44,816 nt of DNA, taken from Clostridia bacterium (GTDB lineage Bacteria; Bacillota; Clostridia; Oscillospirales; Acutalibacteraceae). This document shows positions 1-5,806 of the stretch, piece by piece (the first letter of the stretch is position 1; each line of letters begins with the position of its first letter). Where the stretch lies: contig JAGBID010000179.1 of NCBI GenBank assembly GCA_017935165.1, positions 1-44,816 of the forward strand, written 5' to 3'. The translations under genes and the position numbers were made by a program. The notes below the pieces were generated by a model, which was given only the letters and a program-made list of their open reading frames with translations, did no database searches and had not been told where the DNA came from.

Positions 1-4
1 ATAA

Positions 5-2479
5 ATGAAAAAGCGTTTACTGTCACTTATACTTATATTTACCATATTATTTTCCGCTGTGCCCTTCACTTCTTTTGAGGCAGAAGCTGATACAGCCGAG
101 GCTCAGAACGTTTCCGAGGGTGTAGAAAACATTGTTAAAAGAGCAAGGCAGATGACTGAAATTGAGTGGACCCCAAAGAAAAATATCACGGGTTGGGGCT
201 ACGAATACACCTACGAGGCAGGCGTAACCTACAAGGGTCTGCCTTACGGTCAGCCTACAAATGCCAACGGCTGCCGCGGTGACTATGTACCCTGGGAAGC
301 TTCCCTTGATAAATTCTTAGCCGCCGTCAACGATGAAACAAGCCTTATTTATACTTCAAGCGCTAACTACAGCGAAATTGCACCTTACTATTCCGTTGAC
401 TGCAGCGGTTTCGTTTCCTGGGCGTGGGATTTACCCGTAAGAACAACTGCCAGCGGTATAAGAAGCTACGCAACCTTAATAAGCACAGATTCCTACGAGG
501 ATGCCGAAATAGGCGACTGCCTTTGTAATGCCTCCGCCCACGTTACCCTTATCACGGACGTTACAAGGGACTCAAACGGCAAGGTAACAAGCATTGAGAT
601 TTCAGAATCCAACGTAGGCTACGATAATAATTACTGCTGTTATTCCGTAAGATACGGTGAGGGCGGCGAATACACCCTTACCAAGTTTATGAATAAGTTT
701 ATAAACCGCGGCTACTACATTTACCGCAGTAACACAAGGGACCAGGCTGAGTACACCCACAGCTGTGCAGTACCTTTGGAAGGCGATAACTGTGACAAAT
801 GCGGTTACAGCAGTGCGGCTAATGCAAGAGATTTCATTGAAAGCACCTACCCCTCCTATGCTGAAATTGTAACCAAGGCGCCTGCAAAGGTTTACTCCTT
901 CCCCTGCACAAGCGAAGTAACAAGCGATTCCTTAAACATCCACACAACAACCGCAGGCGAAACTTTAACAGCCACGGCTTTATGCCTTAACACCAATGGC
1001 GAATACTGGTACAAGGTAAGCATAGACGGTGCAGTAGGCTATATATACGGTGGTGATACAGGCCTTAACAAGCTCCTTGACTCCGACATTACTGCCACAA
1101 ATATTGCCGAGCCCAAGGAAGTAACGGTAGGCAATCCCTTTAACCTTGGCGGTGTTTTGAAGGCTGTATATAATAAGCTTACCAAAATAGAAGTTCAGGT
1201 AACCTCCAACGGCACGGTTAACTTAAGCAGCAGCGCAAACGTTATAAATAACTCCTATAATTTAAAGAGCAGTTATATTGACAGCACCATAATTTTTAAC
1301 GATTTACTTGTAGGCAATTACGATTACGAGATTTACGTAACCGCTGAAAGGTACTACACCTCTGACGGTGCCAGCCTTAACAGCGACACAACAAAGTTCC
1401 TTATCCACGTAAACCCCTTCAAGGTTATAAGCGACATTGAGCACGATTGCGACAAGGGCAGCTTCAAATACGCAGGCGAGGCTCACCCCCATTACTCCTA
1501 CTATGAATGCTCACAGTGCGGCCTTATAAATGAATTTACCGACGAAACAAACCATATAAGCACCTGTACTCTTTGCAGACCCGAAAAACCCGTTTTAGCT
1601 GCCGAATATCAGGAGGATTGCAGCGGTGAAATAGACGTAAGCTTCAGCTGGGAAAAGGCTTCAAACGTTTCCTACTACGCCCTTACAATTTATGAAGAGC
1701 AGGCTAACGGCAACTATATGGAGACAGATTACGTAATAAATGCCGAAAGCGGTGTGGTTATACCCTTCACTTCAGGCAAATATAAGGTGATATTAACAGC
1801 TTACAACGAAAATTTTGAAGCAAGCGACGGCAACAGCCACGCATATACTGACAGCGACGAAATATATATCACAGTTTCCTCCGGCCACGAGTATGAGTCC
1901 TCCGTAAAGGCTCCTGACTGTATTTCCGAAGGCTATACACTTTACGTCTGCAAGCATTGTAAAGATGAATACAAGGAAGATATCATTCCTGCAACGGGTA
2001 TTCACACTTACAGCAACAATGCGGACGCAACCTGCAACGTGTGTGACTACGTAAGAGTGGCACCCGTCAAGTCAGTTCCCATGTACAGAATGTACGACAA
2101 AAACGGCGGCGAGCACTTCTACACAGGCAGCACCGAGGAACGCGACTTCCTTATTTCAGCAGGCTGGAGCTACGAGGGTGTAGGCTTTAACTTCCCTGCT
2201 GCAGGCAAGCCTGTCTACAGACTTTACGAGCCTATTACAGGCGAACACCTTTACACAATGGACTTAGAGGAGAAAGCAAAGCTTATTGAGGAAGGCTGGA
2301 ATGACGAGGGCGTTGCCTTCAACAGCGCTGACGAGGACGAAATTCCACAGTACCGCTTACATAACCCCAACGCATCAAGAGGTGCTTACCACTTTACAGG
2401 CAGCACCGAAGAGCGTGACATACTTATAGCCGCAGGCTGGGAATACCAGGGCATCGGCTTCTACAGCTGCAAGAGATAA
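5..2479 (+). CDS. Secreted multidomain cell-wall-associated protein. Contains a signal peptide, an NlpC/P60-like Cys-His peptidase domain, an SH3b-like segment, Cys-rich modules and three C-terminal DUF5648-like repeats.
   Basis: Hydrophobic N-terminus MKKRLLSLILIFTILFSAVPF. The DCSGFVSWAW motif plus downstream HVTLI resembles an NlpC/P60 catalytic Cys/His pair. GEYWYKVSIDGAVGYIYG looks SH3b-like. Several CxxC pairs are present. Three tandem ~40-aa units of the form YR.Y.P..GEH.YT...E...L...GW..EG..F span about 2081-2476. Confidence 0.6.
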   Translation: MKKRLLSLILIFTILFSAVPFTSFEAEADTAEAQNVSEGVENIVKRARQMTEIEWTPKKNITGWGYEYTYEAGVTYKGLPYGQPTNANGCRGDYVPWEASLDKFLAAVNDETSLIYTSSANYSEIAPYYSVDCSGFVSWAWDLPVRTTASGIRSYATLISTDSYEDAEIGDCLCNASAHVTLITDVTRDSNGKVTSIEISESNVGYDNNYCCYSVRYGEGGEYTLTKFMNKFINRGYYIYRSNTRDQAEYTHSCAVPLEGDNCDKCGYSSAANARDFIESTYPSYAEIVTKAPAKVYSFPCTSEVTSDSLNIHTTTAGETLTATALCLNTNGEYWYKVSIDGAVGYIYGGDTGLNKLLDSDITATNIAEPKEVTVGNPFNLGGVLKAVYNKLTKIEVQVTSNGTVNLSSSANVINNSYNLKSSYIDSTIIFNDLLVGNYDYEIYVTAERYYTSDGASLNSDTTKFLIHVNPFKVISDIEHDCDKGSFKYAGEAHPHYSYYECSQCGLINEFTDETNHISTCTLCRPEKPVLAAEYQEDCSGEIDVSFSWEKASNVSYYALTIYEEQANGNYMETDYVINAESGVVIPFTSGKYKVILTAYNENFEASDGNSHAYTDSDEIYITVSSGHEYESSVKAPDCISEGYTLYVCKHCKDEYKEDIIPATGIHTYSNNADATCNVCDYVRVAPVKSVPMYRMYDKNGGEHFYTGSTEERDFLISAGWSYEGVGFNFPAAGKPVYRLYEPITGEHLYTMDLEEKAKLIEEGWNDEGVAFNSADEDEIPQYRLHNPNASRGAYHFTGSTEERDILIAAGWEYQGIGFYSCKR

Positions 2480-2484
2480 AAAAC

Positions 2485-2513
2485 AGAGAGGCAATTATAA
2501 AAATTGTCTCTCT
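2485..2513. terminator. Bidirectional rho-independent terminator shared by the convergent 824-aa gene (+) and the RT gene (-)
   Basis: The ~12-bp stem agagaggcaatt / aattgtctctct has one wobble or mismatch and an ataaa loop. It has an A-tract on the left and a T-tract on the right. It fills the 35-bp gap between the two stop codons (2477-2479 and 2515-2517). Confidence 0.6.
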
Positions 2514-2514
2514 T

Positions 2515-3720
2515 TTATTTTTCCTCTTCAATTTTATAGTATTCGTGAACAAGGCTTCTGTACCCCAGCTTTTTTATATCCTCGTAGCGGAAGTCGTACA
2601 TTTTTTTGGTGTGCCTGCCTGTTGCTAAAAACCTTATATTATACTGGCAATATTCGTCTATTAATTTTAAGGATTCGTCGGTATTTATAATGGGGAAGTA
2701 CCACCTTGCCCAGGTAAGCTCCTTATCCTCTGTGTTTTCGTAAAGCTTTCTGTTGAAGGCTTTTACAAAGGCTTTGGCGGCTTTTTCGTTTGTTAGCTTC
2801 TTTCTTGCCTGCCAGCGCTTTAAGGCTCGCGCCTTCCTGCGCATTTTATCCTTCAGTTTTTTAACTGACACAGGCGAAACGTCCACCTTACCGTTATTAT
2901 AGCAAAAGCCTAAGTATACCCAGGGCTCCATAGGCTTCGTAAACTCCTCTTTTTTAGGGTTAACGCAAAGACCTTTGCTTATTAAATAGCTTTTAATTTC
3001 CTCGGATGCTTTTAAAATTTCAGCTTCATCTTCGGAAAAAACGATAATATCGTCGGAATACCTTGCATACAGAACGCCCTTTTTTTCAAAATACTTATCC
3101 ATATCCGCAAGGTATAAATTGGCAATAAAGGTTGAAACAGGTACGCCTGCCATTATGCCCTTTTTATTTTCCTCGTTTATAAGCTTCTCTCTGTCGTAAA
3201 CCAAGGTGTTATTTAAAAGAGAAATAATAAACTCAGCCGCCTCCCCGTCCTCTTTAAGTGTGCTTAAAAGCAGAGGCGTTATTTTGTCCACGGGTACGGA
3301 ATTGAAATAATCGCTTATATCCACCTTGTAGGAGTACATATTTCTTATATTTTTATAAGAAGTAAGCTTTTTCACAGCATCGCGGACAGATCTTTTCCTT
3401 CTGAAGGAGTAAAGGTTTTCGGGGAAAATATAGTCGTATTTTTCCTGCAAAAGGTAGGTTAAAAGCTTCAAAACGAAGTTTTCGCCCTCGGGAAAGGTGT
3501 AAACCACTCTTTTTTTCTCAGAACCCAGCTTGCTTATATACTTCTTTTTAGGTATGGGAAAATTTTCACCCGAAAGCATTTTGTTTACGATAGGGAGGTA
3601 CTCTTTATTTTCTATAAAAACCTTAAGGATTTTTTCGTCCCTTTTACTTAAGTGACCGCTGTTTATTTTATATTCCAAAAATTCCTGCCAAACATTTTCA
3701 AGCAAAAGCTGACTTAACAT
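2515..3720 (-). CDS. Stand-alone reverse transcriptase (RVT_1-type, 401 aa) with a group-II-like thumb region. It is not embedded in an intron and is a candidate retron-like or defence-associated RT.
   Basis: Catalytic YSDD is encoded at 3049-3060 (tat tcc gac gat on the minus strand). Motif A-like YKVDISDYFNSV, motif B-like GIMAGVPVSTFIANLYL and a LYSFRRKRSVRDAV motif are present. YLGF follows the palm domain. The C-terminal WARWYFP....LIDEY....IRFL segment resembles a maturase or thumb. A strong RBS gggagggg lies 5 nt upstream of the ATG. Confidence 0.85.
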   Translation of the reverse strand: MLSQLLLENVWQEFLEYKINSGHLSKRDEKILKVFIENKEYLPIVNKMLSGENFPIPKKKYISKLGSEKKRVVYTFPEGENFVLKLLTYLLQEKYDYIFPENLYSFRRKRSVRDAVKKLTSYKNIRNMYSYKVDISDYFNSVPVDKITPLLLSTLKEDGEAAEFIISLLNNTLVYDREKLINEENKKGIMAGVPVSTFIANLYLADMDKYFEKKGVLYARYSDDIIVFSEDEAEILKASEEIKSYLISKGLCVNPKKEEFTKPMEPWVYLGFCYNNGKVDVSPVSVKKLKDKMRRKARALKRWQARKKLTNEKAAKAFVKAFNRKLYENTEDKELTWARWYFPIINTDESLKLIDEYCQYNIRFLATGRHTKKMYDFRYEDIKKLGYRSLVHEYYKIEEEK

Positions 3721-3743
3721 ATAACCCCTCCCTTCTTAATATT

Positions 3744-3877
3744 AAAACAGAGAGAAAGTGCATTAAAGCATGCTTAACATTTCAGCATTCTACCGGGCCG
3801 TACACAGGCAGCTGCCTGCAAAGCTTATAAAGCCTGTGCTGTGCCCTTCGCAGGCGCAAAGCGTTTCTCTCTGTTTT
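3744..3877 (-). ncRNA. Candidate structured ncRNA (retron msr/msd-like) closed by a perfect 14-bp inverted repeat, lying directly upstream of the RT
   Basis: aaaacagagagaaa at 3744-3757 is the exact reverse complement of tttctctctgtttt at 3864-3877. The 106 nt between them has stop codons in all six frames and is G+C-richer. It contains four caggc/gcctg elements (3805-3809, 3814-3818, 3832-3836, 3851-3855), including the palindrome caggcagctgcctg. The element sits between the upstream stop (3899) and the RT start (3720). Strand is assumed to match the RT. Confidence 0.45.
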
Positions 3878-3898
3878 TAGCTATGTAATTTAGTTTTA

Positions 3899-4894
3899 TT
3901 ACTTAAGTGCTGCTTTTACTCTGCTTTTTACGTAGGTTTCGCTGTTACGGAAATTGGGAATAAACCTGATGGCGGGTATACCCTTTTCCTTTACAGCACT
4001 AAGAATATTACTTACCTTTCTTTCAGACAAATCACCGGTACCGAAAAGGAATATGGCAAGCTTTATTTCGCCATCCTTCCATAAAGCAAAGTCCGCTTTA
4101 ATATTTTCATCGGTTAAAATGCAGTCCTTATAAATATCATAATCACTGAAATTCTGTAAAAGTAAACCGGCAAAATAATCCTTTGGCTCGCCCCAATAGT
4201 GGTAAATATCCGCAGGGAAGTAACCATCAGTTACGCCTTTGCCAAAAAGCATATTGGCAGCTTTAAGGTCTCTTTTATTTGCATTAACCGTTATAGTCGC
4301 ATTCATACCCTTACAAACGCACTCACTAAAAGCACCAAGAATAGTGTTGTCATCCGTTCTGTCGATATAGGTAATTTTGCAGAAAGGCCCGAAAGCACTG
4401 CCGATAAACACGTTGCTGTCAAGCTGTGCATATCCATCAATAACTTTTCCCGTAAGAGTATTGCCCTTAATTTTGCTTACTGCGAATCTGAATGGTCCTG
4501 CAGGTACCTTTGAAACATCCGCCTCAGTAATAAGGGTACCGTTAATATTCGTTTCTTCATAAGGCTCCCAACTGCCGCTTACAATTTCGCCTTCATCGCT
4601 TTCAATTTCCCATTCACCCTCGTAGGTAATATCCTCTTCGGATGCTTCCCAGCTGCCGCTATAAATAACTTCCTCCTCTTTGTTTTCATCGGGAAGCTCT
4701 ATCTCGATTTCATCAACGGGGACATATTTTTCCTCTTTTTTCTCCTCAGCTTTATTTTCGCTTGTACCAATGCCTAATTTTTCACGGAGGTGTTCCATCG
4801 AATAGGTAAGTCCGCACTCAATGCAGGTAGCGCCCTTGCCGCCCTTGTTGATTTCCAAAGTACCGCCGCAGAGGTCGCAGGTAAGTTTTTTCAT
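3899..4894 (-). CDS. Hypothetical protein and candidate RT-associated effector. Domains in order: N-terminal zinc ribbon, acidic SGSWE-repeat linker, beta-barrel resembling translation-factor domain II, and a C-terminal DUF2726-like (PD-(D/E)xK-fold-like) domain.
   Basis: CDLCGG...CIECG forms the zinc ribbon at aa 6-27. The E/D-rich tract carries two SGSWE units at aa 45-115. aa 131-220, PFRFAVSKIKGNTLTGKVIDG...MLFGKG, follows the EF-Tu domain 2 spacing pattern. The tail ADFALWKDGEIKLAIFLFG....KGIPAIRF follows the DUF2726 pattern vDFvl...laIEldg...GiPvlRf, but with F where the acidic residue is expected. RBS aaggag lies 7 nt before the ATG. That it is coding is secure; the domain calls are from memory. 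Confidence 0.5.
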   Translation of the reverse strand: MKKLTCDLCGGTLEINKGGKGATCIECGLTYSMEHLREKLGIGTSENKAEEKKEEKYVPVDEIEIELPDENKEEEVIYSGSWEASEEDITYEGEWEIESDEGEIVSGSWEPYEETNINGTLITEADVSKVPAGPFRFAVSKIKGNTLTGKVIDGYAQLDSNVFIGSAFGPFCKITYIDRTDDNTILGAFSECVCKGMNATITVNANKRDLKAANMLFGKGVTDGYFPADIYHYWGEPKDYFAGLLLQNFSDYDIYKDCILTDENIKADFALWKDGEIKLAIFLFGTGDLSERKVSNILSAVKEKGIPAIRFIPNFRNSETYVKSRVKAALK

Positions 4895-4923
4895 AATTTT
4901 GCTCCTTAATTTATATTAAATTA

Positions 4924-5340
4924 TTATTTTTCCGTTTCGTACTGCCAGGTTAAAATCCCGCCGAATTCATAGATATTTTCGTAGCCAAGCTCTGCTAAAA
5001 TTTTGGAAGCCTCTTTACTTCTTCTGCCGCTTCTGCAGTAAACAAGAGTTTTTATATCCTTTTCCTTAATAACTTTAATTGCTTCTTCCTCAGCTTTATT
5101 GCTCTTTAAAACACTTAAAGGTAAAAGCACAGCGCCCTTTATATGGCTTTCGGCGTATTCTTCCGCTTCCCTTACGTCCACTATAAGCACATTTTCCGTG
5201 TCCATAATTTCCTTAGCCATATCCTGAGTGATTTCGGTATATCCGTAAATATTTTTCTCCATTTTAATTTCTCCTTCACTTTTCCCGCAGGAAACTAAAA
5301 GTAATATTATTAATAAAATAAAAATAATCAGCTTTTTCAT
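4924..5340 (-). CDS. Rhodanese-domain lipoprotein (sulfurtransferase-like)
   Basis: Lipoprotein signal with lipobox LLVSC. Single rhodanese domain with active-site loop CRSGRRS. Its start overlaps the upstream gene stop in an ATGA arrangement. Confidence 0.8.
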   Translation of the reverse strand: MKKLIIFILLIILLLVSCGKSEGEIKMEKNIYGYTEITQDMAKEIMDTENVLIVDVREAEEYAESHIKGAVLLPLSVLKSNKAEEEAIKVIKEKDIKTLVYCRSGRRSKEASKILAELGYENIYEFGGILTWQYETEK

Positions 5341-5687
5341 TTTCTTAAAATTTTCTCCATAGCCTTGCCTTTACTCAGTTCATCCACAAGCTTATCAAGG
5401 TAACGGATTTCAAGCATTAATGGGTCGTCAATACTTTCAAGTTTAACTCCACAGACCGAACCCTTTATAAGGCGGCGGTTTTCATTTAAAGAGGGTGCAT
5501 TCCTGAAAAAATCCCCGTAACTTATTTCACTTTCAAGGCATTTTGCTATATCTTCATAACTGTAGCCTGTAAGCCAGCAGCTTACTTCCAGCACTTCGTT
5601 TTTAGTTCTGCCCTTTCTTTCTGCTTTATTTATAAGCAGCAGGTAGACCTTTTTAAAGCTCATATCAAATATTTTATCATTTGCCAC
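5337..5687 (-). CDS. DUF2200-family protein
   Basis: 116 aa. KAERKGRTKNEV...WLTGY...FF.NAP...LIKGSVCGVKLE.IDDPLM..IRYLDKLVDEL.KGKAMEKIL matches my recollection of DUF2200. GTG start, with AGGAGG 7 nt upstream. Confidence 0.6.
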   Translation of the reverse strand: MANDKIFDMSFKKVYLLLINKAERKGRTKNEVLEVSCWLTGYSYEDIAKCLESEISYGDFFRNAPSLNENRRLIKGSVCGVKLESIDDPLMLEIRYLDKLVDELSKGKAMEKILRK

Positions 5688-5710
5688 AGCATCCCCTCCT
5701 TTTAAATATT

Positions 5711-5739
5711 ATTGTACCCCAAAGCTATAAATTTTGCAA
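5711..5739 (-). promoter_or_regulatory. Putative sigma-A promoter for the DUF2200 / rhodanese / Zn-ribbon gene / ncRNA / RT string
   Basis: On the minus strand: TTGCAA (5739-5734), a 17-nt spacer, then TACAAT (5716-5711). This lies about 25 nt upstream of the GTG start at 5687. Confidence 0.4.
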
Positions 5740-5745
5740 CAAGGC

Positions 5746-5774
5746 TTTACTTAGTTTGAAAATGTTTTTATAAT
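5746..5774 (+). promoter_or_regulatory. Putative sigma-A promoter for the glycerate kinase gene
   Basis: TTTACT (5746-5751), a 17-nt spacer, then TATAAT (5769-5774). This lies 32 nt upstream of the ATG at 5807. Confidence 0.35.
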
Positions 5775-5806
5775 AGAACTATAAAAATTTTGATTTTGGT
5801 GGTAAT

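Noticed and set aside
1304-2005. Antisense or alternative-frame ORFs listed in the track inside larger genes. Examples: 1304-1492, 1793-2005, 4199-4562, 5779-5994, 6535-6837, 7949-8315, 8885-9322, 13068-13325, 18208-18779, 31129-32047, 36940-37272, 43244-44368.
   Set aside because: All lie wholly within, or opposite, long ORFs with clear family signatures. They lack ribosome-binding sites and have low-complexity or compositionally odd translations. They are treated as shadow ORFs.
3744-3877. DRT2-type rolling-circle template encoding a stop-less 'neo' ORF
   Set aside because: I translated the 106-nt interior in all six frames by hand, and every frame contains a stop. The longest open stretch is 32 codons on the RNA-sense strand, bounded by TAG and TGA, and it does not match the stem-enclosed unit. 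There is also no long U-tract that would suggest DRT9-type poly-dA synthesis.
3744-3877. MITE-like or REP-like mobile repeat (134 bp with 14-bp terminal inverted repeats)
   Set aside because: No target-site duplication flanks the arms (att on one side, tag on the other). No second full copy occurs in the 44.8-kb window. It cannot be fully excluded without the whole genome, so it is kept as an alternative in the findings.
2480-3898. Group II intron carrying the RT
   Set aside because: The thumb region is maturase-like. But only 178 nt precede and 35 nt follow the ORF, which is far too little for intron domains I-IV and V-VI. I saw no GUGYG 5' end or domain V-like hairpin.
2515-4894. Diversity-generating retroelement (the intergenic element as template repeat, with a variable repeat at the 3' end of the upstream gene)
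   Set aside because: The order target gene, short repeat, RT is DGR-like, and motif B is faintly DGR-like. But I could find no second copy of the 3758-3863 sequence, with or without adenine-specific differences, in the 3' end of the Zn-ribbon gene or in the 824-aa gene. There is also no Avd-like small ORF. A terminal inverted repeat is not a DGR feature.
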